DNA of 64,000 nt from Xylographa opegraphella (lineage: Eukaryota): contig JALDZX010000052.1 of the NCBI GenBank assembly GCA_022813865.1, positions 62,001 to 126,000 on the forward strand. Reading direction: 5' to 3'. Of this stretch, positions 1 to 13,262 are shown piece after piece. A model generated the notes under the pieces. That model did not search any database. It saw only the letters and a program-made list of their open reading frames with translations, and was not told the DNA's origin. Made by a program: the position numbers and the translations under genes. Numbering within the stretch: the stretch's first letter is position 1; each line of letters starts with the position of its first letter.

Positions 1-350
1 GGACCGGCTACGTCAAGGTAACTACGTCTCTGGCGCGTTCCGAATTTGGTATTTGGATATTCTAGCTTTTGAGGGACTCGTACTGCCTTCGGGACTAATG
101 CATAATTTATTGAGTATAGGGATATGCTCTCGTCGAATACCCCACGCAGAAGGAAGCAAAGGCGGCTATCGAAGGGGTGAATGGGACAAAGTTGCTCGAC
201 CAGACGCTTGCAGTGGACTTTGCGTTCGTGAGGCCAACACCCACAAAGGGAGAGCAGGGTAAAGGAGGACGGGGCGGGAGGAAGGGCGGACGGGCCAGGA
301 GTCGGAGCCCAGGCGCGGATGTGGGGAAGGATGAGAAGGACGAGCAGTGA
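1..350 (+). CDS. RBM8A: RNA-binding protein Y14/RBM8A (exon junction complex RRM protein), 3' part
   Basis: Not in the ORF track. Splicing GT(18)..AG(119), branch GACTAAT at about 93, gives [44 protein letters not shown]...GRARSRSP...TGA(348-350). This matches the Y14 RNP1 region and RS-like tail. The gene starts upstream of the window. Confidence 0.88.
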
Positions 351-1331
351 GGCGTCGAGGTGTTCAGAAGACACGAAGTGTCAAGGCTGGGGGAGAGACA
401 ATCAGACGAACACCGGATGGAGACCAGAAGGCCGGCTTTCCCATCTGCTGTACGCAATGGCCTTGTCGGCACTCGCATGAGTGAGTTGAATGGTTTGTCG
501 TCCATCCTTGCCAAATTCGAACATGACTGACAATACCAGTGACACCGATTCGAAATTCTTAGCCACCGAAGCCATTTGAAAAACTAAGCACAATAAATGT
601 TTAAGACGCTGCCCTGCAGATTCGCAACGCAGCTTGAGGTCAAGGCCTAAGGCCCAACGGGACCTGAGGAACTACTTTGGCTTCTGACAGATTTCTGCAC
701 TTGTTTGAGACATCCGCAGGATGGGGTTTTGCTTCCAAGAAAGTACGACACTAGGCGTCAATCTCAGAAAATTTGAGCATGTCACGCTCCGTACCTGCTT
801 AGTGGTTATGCGTCTCAAAATAGCCCTCCGTCTCTTAAGTAAGACCTAATTACCGCGTAGCCTTTACCTCATTTGTGATCTAGATACCTTGATTGAATCC
901 GAGATCCAGGATTGGTCACGCCCAGATCTTATTCAGCTACTGTCTCCGGCGCTACCACACTTGACTGACAAGGCTGAGGCATGAGAGACCGAACGTGAAG
1001 AAATCTTTGCATCCAGAGGCTTTCATGGGTAAAGATCCGTTTTTTCGACAGCGCGGCAATCACTTTTCCAAATTCGCATTTGAACATTCACAAAGCATGA
1101 TCTAGACTAGATACAAGCACCGGCCTGAAGCCACCAGGACTTTCCTTCACCGAGATATCCAGCTTCTCAACTTCTCGTAACCCCAAGGAAACATGATCAG
1201 AAGTGTTGCTTTTGTTGTTCGCTTGCGCATTAGAAAATGTATGTGTAGCCGAGCTTTCCATTCCGTCGTCAATCATAATGCACTGCCTCCTTATCAGCCA
1301 ATATGTATCACGCGAGACTCCCGAGTTCTCT

Positions 1332-4261
1332 TTATGTATGCCGGTGAGGCATGGCATCATCCCCGCCACCATGCGTAGCCTCCGCTGGAGTCGTGGTGGC
1401 CCTGTTCCTGCCAGCGCGCTCATCTTCGCTTTGACTGGCGCTCTCGTCACCTTGAGCTTCACTCCGCAGTTGCTCCGCCCTATCAGACAGTACCTTCGCC
1501 TCCTCCGCTGCCTTTTGCGCTCTAATTTGCTTCCGCCACATGCTGGCGTAGCGACCTTTCAGCGACAGTAACTCGTCGTGTGTTCCGCTCTCAGCCACCC
1601 GACCCGCATGCAAAACAAGGATCTGATGCGCAGTAGTGATGGTAGATAAGCGATGCGCAATGACCAGAGTCGTTCGCCCCTGAGATAGTTTGTCAAGCGC
1701 GTACTGAATGTTTTGTTCGGTTTCACTATCAAGTGCTGCTGTGGCTTCATCCAGCAGAATTATTCTCGGGTCCTTCAAAATGGTACGAGCGATGGCGACT
1801 CGCTGCTTCTCACCACCGGACAGCTTGAGACCTCGCTCACCTACACGTGCCTGATATCCGTCTGGAAAGCCAAGGATCTTCTCATGAATACTGGCAGCAC
1901 GGCATGCAGCATACACATCGTCATCGGTGGCCTCCGGAGCTGCATACTTGAGGTTGTACATGAGTGTCTCGTTGAATAGAACAGTATCCTGCGGTACCAC
2001 TCCAATATGACGACGCATCGAGTCAATCTTTAAGTCCTTCACATCATGCCCATCAATTTGTATACTGCCATCATCTGCATTGTAAAAGCGAAATAACAGA
2101 CGAAAGATGGTTGACTTCCCTCCGCCCGATTCACCGACTAGGGCAGTTGTCGTGCCTGGTGCACAACGGAATGTCACACTACTCAGAGCGGGTTTTCGCG
2201 GATCGTAGGCGAATTTAACATCGTTGAACCTGATCTCGCCCTGGCATGATACTAAGTCCCGTGCCGATGGATCATCGACCACTGTAGGCCTCTCCTTGAA
2301 CAGCTCCAGCATTCGTTCGGAATTGATCATGGCCGATTGAATGGACCGATAAAACGTGCCAAAGAAATTCAACGGCGTCTGAAGTTGTGCCATATATGTC
2401 AAAAGACTAACAAAGTCACCCACTTTGCGCTGGCCGCTTGTGACTTGATAGGCTGCAAGGAAACAAATAACTAGGAGACCTAGGGTGAAGACCACATTCT
2501 GAGAGACGTTCATGATGTTCAAGGAAACAAGAACTTTGTATTCCGCCCTTTGGTAGTCTCGAACTGCGCCACGATACCGCTTGAATTCGTACTGTTCGGC
2601 ATTAAAGTATTTCACAGTCTCGTAGGAAACCATAGAGTCGTTCCTGATCAAGGTGTCAACAGAATTGGACCCGAAATCTTGGCCAGGCGGGGGGCTAACT
2701 TCACTGCGTCTTCTTGACGGCTAGAATTGACCATCTCCCTGCGTATTTCGGCTCGCCATTGTGCTAGACGGATGGTGAGATACAAATAGGCAAATGTTAC
2801 GATTGCAACAACAAGGGCATAGTATGCATCAAAACGGATGAGAAAATAGCCGATTGCCACAGCCAAGTCGATGAGCATTGGCAATACCTGAAACGTCACT
2901 TGCTCCAAGAAGGTGTTGATTGAGTTTCCCTTGCTCAGAGCCGATAATACTTCACCGGTTTTCTTGCCCAGATGAAAATCCAAGCTTAGTCCATGGACAT
3001 GCTCAAAAGCCGCGGTAGAGAGCTCCTGGTAGGAATACTGGCTGATGGGGATCCATAACGTGCTACGGACAGCTCCCAAAAGCCCGTTATTGCCCTGAAG
3101 GAGGCGGTAGAAGATATACAAACAGATCCCACCCCAAGGTATCCCTGGGTTTGCTCCGTCCCCGTCCGCAAGTATGTTCGTAATTATACCGACTTGGATC
3201 GGTACCAGAATGTTGACGACACGTGCAATCATGACGAGAACGAAGCACACCACGACAACAATCTGCAGGCGGAGTGACTTTGCTGGCCAGAGGTAGGGGA
3301 AAAATAAAGAATATCCACGGAGATATTCCCACCAGCTTTTCGAGGGAACCTTGGTTGGTCTGCTCCACCCCTCTGGCTGGTCGTCCGCAGGTGGTACACT
3401 TCCATAGGCATGTCCATTGGCTGACCCATGACCTGGATGGTGGCCATTGAGAAGACCTGTGGATTCGCTCAATCGCGCAGTATCCTCATGATCATCCTGA
3501 CGTTGCTTCTGGTTTCGTAGCAATACGAAGAGTAGGTAAAAAGAAATCAGAGCAAGTAGGAAAAAGATTCGAACGGTGTCGATCGCCACTTCCGCCGCTT
3601 CCCACTTGGTAAAGCCTGGCCGCCAAAGTCCGCCCTCAGGACCATCGGTGTTTGGCTCTCGATGGTCGCCATTATAGACCGCCACGGAAGCTCCCAGAAG
3701 CAAGATCTCCAAAAGCAGGGCCACAAGCCATGTGAGCACGTGAGCTATGTTTGGGGACGGTTTGGTGTCAATCAGAGAGATCAAAAAGAGTGAGTAGACG
3801 AAGAAAGAGGCCACGACATAAATCTAGCGTTGCATGTTATCAGTACGGTGCGTATGACCAGTGGAGACGAAGGGACAGACCGCCACGTGGGGACCACACC
3901 ACCAGTTATGTTCTCGGTCCAACAAGGCATGGGAAATGACACCGATAGCGTTGGCTACGAAGGTCAAGATCACACCGAGGGAAATCCAGTCAAAGAGTAG
4001 TTTCCTCCTAGGACTAAAGTCCAGGACCAGTAATTTCCGTTGTGCCTTGGCCCTCTGGCTCTTGCTCTGCGGTAAGGGCTTTCCTCCCGGACCCGTTTGG
4101 ACCGTGGGGACGGCGGTCGTGGAGTCCCCTGCAGCAGTTGCAATGCTATTGACGGTAAAGACAAGGAGAAATGATACTAGGAGAATGATGGGAGACGCAT
4201 AGTGAATGTAGACGAGGATTCCCTCCACGGTCCGGTCATAAACTACCGGGGTGGACGCCAT
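1332..4261 (-). CDS. hmt1: HMT1/ABCB6-type half ABC transporter (heavy metal tolerance protein)
   Basis: Three ORFs joined by two GT-AG introns (about 3880-3824 and 2697-2644). N-terminal extra TM region, ABC TM domain (LSLDFHLGKKTGEVLSAL), Walker A GESGGGKST, signature LSGGEKQRVAIAR, Walker B IILLDEATAALD. Start MASTPVV at 4261. Confidence 0.9.
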
Positions 4262-5145
4262 AACTGCAGGCGTAAGAGGACGTTGACATTCATCAACCAC
4301 AACGAGAGACCAGAAGCACTCCAAAACGCCGAGACCGGATCTCTCACGGTCGGTCAGCGTGGACCGTACGCAACGGACATGGCGGGGGGGTGGGGCGCTG
4401 GGGGAGGGGGGGGGCGGGGAGGGGTTGAGGGACGGGGGAAGTGATGGGGGAGAATTGGTATGAGGCGAGATGTCGAGGAAGTCGCGTTGTGTTGACGGAG
4501 GCAGGTGAAGAGCAGAGAAGAAATGGCGGTGGAGGTGAAGGTGGAAGTTGAAAAGTGCAGTGAGGAAATCCACGAGATCGTGGAGACGGTGGTCCGCAGC
4601 TACGATCGCGCGGGCAGAGTAATGGTAAGGCAGCTACTCGGTACAAAGTATAAAAGCACGTTAGAAAGCGCGCGCGCTATTATTGGCACACCTCCGTCTG
4701 CAGCCTGCAGGCACTAAGGTAGGAGGCAATCCTCTTGACCGACGGAAGTCCCGAGCACTGGCCCGGCCGCTTGTGACGGATTGTAATAGTACAAACGCCG
4801 CGTGAAGTGTCCGGCGGAAGCAGAGGAAGAATCAAAAGCTGAACAATGGGATGCTGAAGTTGGAGATGCTTGCACTGATCGGGCTGGCGTGGGGTCCAGC
4901 GCCGGAATCAACAACACTCGCGCTCTCGCCCTTCTTGCTCCAACTACCTTAGCTACTTTATCCAAACCTCTTGCATGCGTCGAGCCCTCCAGTACGCCAT
5001 GTGGGCGCACGCTCGACGCCCGCGGATCTAGACTAGGTATCTAGATAGATAGCCAATGACTTTCGACATCGTCGTCCGGCAGACTCACAGGGAACGTCGG
5101 GCCTTGCTGGATCCCCTCCTTCTGCCCTCGTTACCGTGAGCTGTC

Positions 5146-8100
5146 ATGTCCACGACTGCGTTTCGCACCGACGCTCCTCGACCGCCTCCACTGCCCCCTC
5201 CGCCAGCCCCACCCCTGCCGCCGCCGTCCCAGCGATATGGGGCTCGCGCGGCCACGGCCATCGCTCGCCTTGCCCAGCCTTTCTTCCACGGATCGAGACC
5301 GCCCAGTGCGCAGGGCCACCGTGAAGGTGAGCCACGAGTGTCGGGTCCGAGGTCAATCGTACCACGAATCGCAAGGTATCCAGAACGTATCTGCCACCCC
5401 CCGGCCCATATATCGGGTACTGATGCCTTAGCAGTGAAACCACGTCCCATTCCCTGGTTCACAAGACTGGCATACCTATCGCGGCGTTGGACATATCTCC
5501 GAGCCGAACGCATGCCATCCTGGCTGGTCGAGATATCCTGAAAACGATTCAGGTTCAAGGCGCGACCTGTTCGGAGGACTTCAACCTCCGCTCATCCATC
5601 ATCGCATATGCCTCGACACACAATTCGTCGAGGGGTCTCGTATCTGCCCAACATAAAGACCAACTTGCAGCCAACGATGTCAAGTGGTCCCACGGGAAGT
5701 TCGACACCACAGTCGCTACCGCGGCTGCCAATGGACGGATTGTGCTCTACGACATAAATCGGGCTGGCGTGGAATTGGCCCGTTTGCACGAACACACGCG
5801 CCAGGTTCACAAAGTTGCATTCAATCCCTACCAGGGTGCACTGTTGCTCTCGGGAAGTCAAGATGCTACGATTCGCATGTGGGATCTCCGAGACCTTGCT
5901 GGCGAGAGGAGTGTGATGACGTGTCGTAGCATCAACACGTTCTTGGGGAACAACGAAGGTATTCGTGATCTCCGGTGGTCCCCCACTGACGGCGTCGAGT
6001 TCGCTGCCGGCACCGATAATGGTGTGATTCAACGCTGGGATTTTCGAAAGGAGAATGCTCCGTTGTTGAAGATCAACGCTCATGACAAAACATGCCATAC
6101 CATTGACTGGCACCCCAGTGGCAAGTTCCTTGCAAGTGCAGGAGCAGACAGAAATGTCAAAGTGTGGGATTTCAAGTCTGCGGATCGTCGAATGAAGCCT
6201 TCCTGGCAGTTGCGCGCCCCGCAAGCGGTTCTGAATGTCCGCTGGCGCCCGATTGGGGGATCTTCGGACGCCGCTGATATGGGTGGGCAGCAATGTACCT
6301 ACCTAGCTACTACTTATGACCAGCGTGATCCCAGAATTCATATCTGGGATTTTCGAAGACCACATGTTCCTTATCTAGAGATTGATCGTTATGACACACC
6401 TGCGACCGGTTTGCTTTGGTGCACCGAAGATTTGCTGTGGTCCGTAGGCATAGCGGGCATGTTTACGCAAACAAATCTGAAATTTGCTACAAACTCAATC
6501 GAGCGGCGTAATGTCAATGTGGTAACTGCGGCACCAAGCGGAGAGATATGCTATTTCTCTCAAACCCGCGCCCGAAAACCTATGGCTTCCGGTGAACCTC
6601 AAAATAGATTTCTGCAGCGGAGTAGTACCGGTGGTAGCAGCGGAGACAAGATTGGTAGCTGTCATAGCACAACTGATGGTAGCGTTGAAGACAGCAACAT
6701 CCTGAATTCTTCACTCAGAAAACGCCGTAGAAAGACGTTGAGCAATCGCACTCCTGGTGCTCCCATGGACAATACTCCACCTACTGCTGGTTGCAATCTC
6801 GCCGCTGCTCGACTTGAGGAAGCAATGAAATTAGAGAGGAAGTACTATCCCGATCAAGTTGCAGCATGTGGTCATGTGTCTGGAGTGTGTGAGGTGGAGG
6901 TATTGAAGTATCTTGCCAGACATTACAGATCACCCTTGGCAATCAGGAAGCTCGCCAAAGATTCGAATATGCAAACAGCTATTTCGTCTGTCTTTGAAGA
7001 AAATGCAAGTCTTGCCGCTTATACCGGTCAATTCCGTCTAGCCCAGAGCTGGCGCATTCTAGGTTTGGCAGTATCGAATGAGATAGAGAAGTCTTCGCCA
7101 AATAACTTAACATGCTCCGACTTGCAGCCGCCCACCGCCGAAACTATAGAAGTACCTGTGAAGGGAAGAGGACATTCGAGAGCTCCTGAAATAAGTCAGA
7201 CACAAGAAATGCGGAATCAATCTCCTGCGGTTTCCAATTTCGAGAGTACCTCAAATATGCCCACACCACTTGCGAAGCCTGTTCAGGAATCTTTAAATGT
7301 GATTCCAAAAGTAGAAGATGAGATGGGATTGTACGACCTGCCATCAACGCAATTGCCCGGTCCAGCTTTGAAGATGAATCACGTTGTGGAGTCTCATGAA
7401 CATTCCGTTCCGGTGGTGAGAACACCTGATCCCGAGCCACTGATTCCCGAGGCGGTTGGAGAACTCCATGATAGCCCTAGCGAAAGTCCCGATGTACCAG
7501 TGATATTCGGGAGCTTCACGGATATAGATCAGCAGATGAGTGAACGACGGGCCGCTATGAATAATTATAGAGCTAAAGCTCGTTCGCCCCTCAGACTCGA
7601 CGATTCTCTTGCATTATCACGCAGCTTATCCGTAACACCCCATTTGGATCGGCATGACTCGAACGAAAGCTTTCAAATGTTCTCTGCATCAACCGACAGT
7701 AATCCTCACTCGTTGACCTTGGCAGAATCGTTTAGAGAGAGCCAATCATCTGGCTCCTCTGGTTCTCTCCTCGGGCCATGGTCTTCGGGCTATGACACAC
7801 ACGCTTCTGGACCACATCCAAGCACAGCACAAACACAGGTTTCACCCGGGAACATGGATGCCTCTCGTGCGAATTCGCCGATCTCCGCTGAGCAGAAATC
7901 TGATCCTCCTAATTATGCTGTTTGCTCTGCATCTGGTGTTCCCAGTACACGCAGACCCAGTGATAATATAGCCCCAATTATTCATGTCAGCGGAATGCAT
8001 GTGTCCCGACAAGAATGTCTTGCTGCTCCAATCCGAACAGATACCAGATCTACTCTACCGTTGGTACCAGCCTCGTCGTTCACGCCCAATGAAACTATAC

Positions 8101-9023
8101 CATGGACTGCTACGGCTTTGCTTCCACCTGTTGTCGGTTTCCACCTGTATACCCTGTCTGATACACAGTTCCCGACTTACCTTTTCTTGTATTTGGTTGA
8201 TATCTACCCACACCTGTTCGATATCAGCATTGTTATAACAACGTTGTTCTCATATCATCAAGAGCTGATTTCTCTCGGTCTCTTTGTTGAAGCAGCTGAC
8301 CTGCGTAATCACTGTTACCCTGCTTACGCTGACATTTGGGAGTGTGGAAGCAGTGACAACGCAGCTGCAGGTTGGTACTGCCGCAATTGCAGGAAAGCCG
8401 TGAAAGGCGAAACGGTGGGCTTTTGTGCGCGCTGCCGACAGGACTGGGGCGCATGTCCTATTTGTGGTTCGCTTGACTCGCCTCCCTCATTTCTGAGCTA
8501 CTCCAGTGAGAATGAAAGTCACAGTGCCATCAACGAGTCTCTGAGCCACAAAGGGACGAAACTCTGGGCATGGTGCCAGGATTGCGGTCACGGCGGGCAT
8601 TCGTCCTGCCTTCGGCTCTGGTGGGCAGACGCTGTACGTAGTGAAGGGGGTTGTCCCTGTCAAGGATGTCTACACGACTGTATGCCCGGCATAAGGCGCG
8701 ATGAGAAGATCAAGATGCAGGAGGCAGAAGGACGACGGATCAAGACGAGAGTGGGAGGAGTCCTCAAAGACGGTTGGATTGTGGGTGAAAGTAGGGCAGT
8801 CGAGAGGGCAAGAGGATTGGTCGCCCCGCTCGAAAGGGTGCCAGACGTGAGCCAACTGAGCCGGGCATTGAGTGGTAAGAGTGGACCTGTCTCTGTCGGT
8901 CTCGGCTTGAGCGGAAAACGCGTTCGCTTGATTGAACCTGAACCACTAGAAGGAAGCGCGGCAGAAGGCCCGATTATTGAATCCCCACCTGTGTCCGACG
9001 AGACCAGCAAATCAATGCCTTAA
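5146..9023 (+). CDS. RTC1: SEA/GATOR2 complex subunit Rtc1/Sea2 (WDR24-like): WD40 repeats plus C-terminal RING-like zinc finger
   Basis: N-terminal WD40 repeats (LLSGSQDATIRMWD, LASAGADRNVKVWD) and a C-terminal CRNC..CARC..CPIC..WCQDCGHGGH..C..C..C cluster. Intron 5376-5431 (tandem TAGCAG acceptor) joins ORF 5146 in frame to ORF 5487. Confidence 0.85.
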
Positions 9024-9630
9024 AGCTGGGATGGTCGGAAGGATCGAAGTATCGATGAGACGATGAAGGCCTTACTTACTGTATATCTGCTTGTACATGG
9101 TACTCTTCTGCGATGATACCACTTTGCAATGTCGGTCGTTCTGGAGGCTAGCTCTACTTAGGCTAAGGATAAACGTCGGTTGAGCAATAGGCATAATGAG
9201 AACTTTTTCATAGTATTCCACAGATGGAACCTTTGAGTGACTTGAGGACGACCAACCTGTGTCCTAAGAATCCAGTCGACAATTGGTGATGGACGTCGGA
9301 CTCGCTTCGAACCAGTTATCCTGCGCGTTGTAACTGTTTCAACATAATCCTTCCGACGTCCTTCGCCTACGAAGGCCACGAGGGCTCCGTGTCACGTGGA
9401 GTGCTGTCATCCTCGAATCCCTATCCAGCATTGTCATCATTTTCTTTTCGTGAAGTTGAGAAAGGTCGGTTTGTAGGGAAATATGACGGACGATACCCGT
9501 CGTGTTGGTAATAGTAAGTGCAATTACGTACTTCATGCTTATTGTGTATTGGAAACGCGGTTTGGATGGATAAAACAGTCTAGTCTACAGCTGTCTTTGA
9601 TGCTTTCCTTCCAGCCGTCGTCACAGCATA

Positions 9631-10455
9631 ATGAGAAGAACACCATGCCTGCACCCCTCCCCACGGCCCCTCCAGGGACTGTTTATCTCCGCCGCAAAAG
9701 CCCTTGCAAGCAATGCACCGAAAGACAACTCCGCACGGGTTCACTGATACTCAACAGCTCATGCTCCTTCTCCCCTCTCAATCGGCGTCCTCCTTTATCC
9801 GCATTTCCAAGCGCTGGATGTCTTCGGCCCCCTCGACGCCCTCAACATTCTCTCGGAAGACCACCCGCTCACGCTCTCACTGATCGCCCGAACCCTCGAG
9901 CCTATGCGCACCTCGTCCGGCACTTTCACCCAGCTCGTCCTCCCCACGCACACATTCGATACCGCTCCTCCGTTGGACGTCCTCCTCGTGCCCGGCGGCC
10001 CCGGGGCTCGCTCCCCGGATATGCAGCCCGTCGTCGATTATATCGCCTCAGTGTACCCGTCTCTGAAGTACTTGATCAGTGTGTGCACCGGCGCGCCGCT
10101 CGTTGCGAGGACAGGCCTCGTGGACGGAATGAGGGCGACGACGAACAAGCGGGCCTGGGAGTGGGTCACTGGGCAGCGACCGCAGGTGAAGTGGGTGGCG
10201 CATGCGAGGTGGGTGGTGGATGGGAAATGGTGGAGTAGTAGCGGAGTGAGTGCAGGAATTGATGTGGCCTTTGCGTGGATAAGTCATGTGTGGGGGGAGG
10301 AGGTAGCGGAGGATGCAAGTCTAAAGATGGAGTATACAAGGTGGAAGGATAGTACGCGGGATCCGTTCGCGGAATCGTACGGGCTGAGTAGGGGAAACAG
10401 TGCAGAAGCGACTGAAGTTGGCATGCATGGACACGGAGAGACGATGTTGGAGTAA
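9631..10455 (+). CDS. DJ-1/PfpI (ThiJ) family protein, isocyanide-hydratase-like; 5' end uncertain
   Basis: Frame reads IGVLLYPHFQALDVFGPLDAL...LLVPGG...SVCTGA...RATTNK...ARWVVDGKWWSSSGVSAGID. The start is ambiguous (see findings). Confidence 0.8.
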
Positions 10456-13262
10456 GGTGCGGAGGGCGTGAATGACTATTCCAGCGATCGCCCAGTATTC
10501 TTTTGAGGTTTCCAGGACCCCACTCAAGGGCAAAAAATAGACCTGGCGCTGCTGAATGAGCCCAGGAGAGCTGATTTCCTCTTACTGTTGATACAACATC
10601 CAATAAGCTGCTCTACTCTTCCGACGTTGGCCGTGCAAGGCTCGAGCGCTTCCCCTGCAGTCTCTGGTTACAAATTCCAGGAACAGAGTACCAAAGCAAC
10701 AATGCGGTATGATTAATTTCAATTCAAGCGTCTGTTATCAATTCTGTTCGCCGATGACTTGAGTAGTCTTGGTTTTCTCATCACCAAAGCGTTGGCCTGC
10801 AAGCCCGTATCCGGCTGTTGTATTGTAACAACTACTCTCTTGACCGAGGTCCGGACCGGCTGGTTACGTTTCTTCGGCACTTAGCAGACTGGCAGAGAGT
10901 CAGTGGGTTCGTCTGGAGGACCATGTTCAGCAACTTTTGTAAAGCTACCTCTCGGGCTCCAGCGGATGGGTGAAGCATCCTAGGCCTTACATACGGTAGA
11001 GGAGAGAGGAGGATCATTGAAAAAGAAAGGAGAAAGGCATGTCTTACGAGAGAGACTTGAAAGAAACAAACTAGCGACCATCCGCAGGCTTCAGTGGCGA
11101 GTATCCTCTGTCTGGAGCGGAAGAGCCGGAAACACGGAACTCAGAGCAGGTCACGAACACCGGTAATATTTACTACAGATGTTTTTGCCATTCGTGGGTC
11201 GGCCATGCGGACAACATAATCGGAGGCGGTGATCGATGACCGCCGGAAATGGCAAATCGGTGTCGATCTTGTACGTCCGAAAGGAAACAACGGTCGTTAG
11301 GGTGGTTGGGTTCACTGAACGGACGGCAAGACTAACCGTCCAGCCAAGAGAACCAGGTGTGAGAAGGCTGGTGAAGGCACGTCAACGTTGGCCTAGAAGG
11401 GTGGTGGGAGACGTAATGTTGGACATCGGACGGGAGACGAGGCTTGGAAAAGCTATGTAGTCCTAGGTGGTCTGAGACGGTCTCGGAAAAGTCCCGCCGC
11501 TGATTGCGAATACCTCTTTCCGCGACATATACTGACAAGCGCAACGAGCAAAGAAAATAGGAAGCATAAAGGGGGTATATGAATCGTTTCAGGAAAGAAG
11601 AGGTTTGCATCGACGGGCCCTATCCCCGGCGCTTTCCGAGCAGAACGTCGACCTGATGTGATCTTATCACTTGGCCTCCGGGGGCCTCCGTGATGCGTGG
11701 TTTTAGCGTTGTGATGTGCATGATGGCCGCCATGCAGTCTGTCGTCGTGGCCGTGACGATTGGCTCCTGTGGCGCGATGTATCATTTCTACAAGGGCATT
11801 CGTTGATAGTCCTACTTGCGTGCCGGCATTAGCGTGGTGGTTAAGACACCGTAGTCGAGGCGTTCTCCTCATGTTTCCCATGCGCTTACCCTGGCTGGAG
11901 CCGCTTCATTCGAGCTTTGAACAGGGAAGATAGCACGATGCCTGCAATCGGAAGCGGTGGTGGCTTCCCCGTGGAGGTTGCTCCGTGCATGGAGACCGGC
12001 TACGGTTGCAGTCTGCCTACAGAACACAACGGTCTCACACCGAGGCAAGACGCGTGTTTCAGGAACCTGATCGTCGAAGACGTCTCTCTCCTACTTGAGA
12101 GATGGAAGAGTTCTGCGAGCCTCCCAGATATTGGCATAGCCTAGCTCTTTGCGGCTGAAGTCAGTGCTCTGCGGCGCCTGATGCTGCGGGTCTTCCTCAA
12201 TGAAAATCAGGCCGATTCACTATCATGAGATGGCTGTATGGGAGGCAATAGTGCCCGTCAAACCTTTTCTGTTCAGTTTGGTCAGTCCCGTCAGGAGCAT
12301 CATACCTTACGGGAAATCCATCCTTCAAACTTCGTTGGAGAACAAGAAACATATTCACATCTCGCTTGGACACTGATCTGAGCATCGCAGCCACACGAAA
12401 GCCTTTGCGATCAAGGCGCTACACACGTGCTGATCAGACCACATTGCCATTGCCGGGGAATGGGTTGGTGCAGAGCAGTCTGCTAAGAACGATACCAGTT
12501 AGTGTTCAGGTCCAACTTCATTGTCGGCGTGGGAACGGGATGGCGTGATGTGATATGACCAGGCCTCGATTTGGGCCGTCAGCCAGTCAGCTGTGGGTGT
12601 CACTGATGCCGCTCATCCCACCCAAATCTGAGGAAGCCTGAGATCGGTCCACAGCGACGATGGCAAGACCAGCAATGTGAAGATTTCCAAAGGTCTCAGC
12701 CAGTGTGCATACCGGGTGTGCATGCCGGAGCGGTCTGAGGGGTAAGAGACATCTGAATGGTCGATTTCCATTTTACCGTCACTGATTTTCCTCTCGACAT
12801 TAATTGACGGGTCATTATGAGCAGTGCTTTCATCCGATCTCTCATTTCTAAAACATACAAATGTATTTCAGAAAGCATGTCCTTGATATTTCAAGCTCCT
12901 TGTATCCTTAACCCAGCCATCTATTATACAGGTCGTGTGGATTTACAGTGCGTGAGATGATGTGATGCGTACCTCCCCTTACAAGATCAAATACCCTTGT
13001 GTCTCCGCAGTCCCGAAGACGCATGCGCTTGGATAGATAATGTCCACGCACGACCTCCGGTTTGGACAGCAGAACGCCAAAAGTGACTGATTCAAGCCGT
13101 GATTTGATACAGTAGATCATGCGAGCAAGCTTGTGCGAATGATGTAATGTCGTCGACATAGCCGAGAAGAATATTGCAAAATGGTCTACAATCAATGCAG
13201 TGTTCAAGTCTGCAGCTTCTGGAGGTCTGGAAAGATGAGCTGCTCAACCAACCTGCCTTTCT

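Noticed and set aside
53..593. ORFs 53..262, 107..514 and 402..593
   Set aside because: Shadow frames over the RBM8A last exon and 3' UTR; the real frame is spliced.
10600..13200. Several 60-140 aa ORFs between the DJ-1 and forkhead genes
   Set aside because: No recognisable motifs, consistent splice structure or repeats; treated as intergenic.
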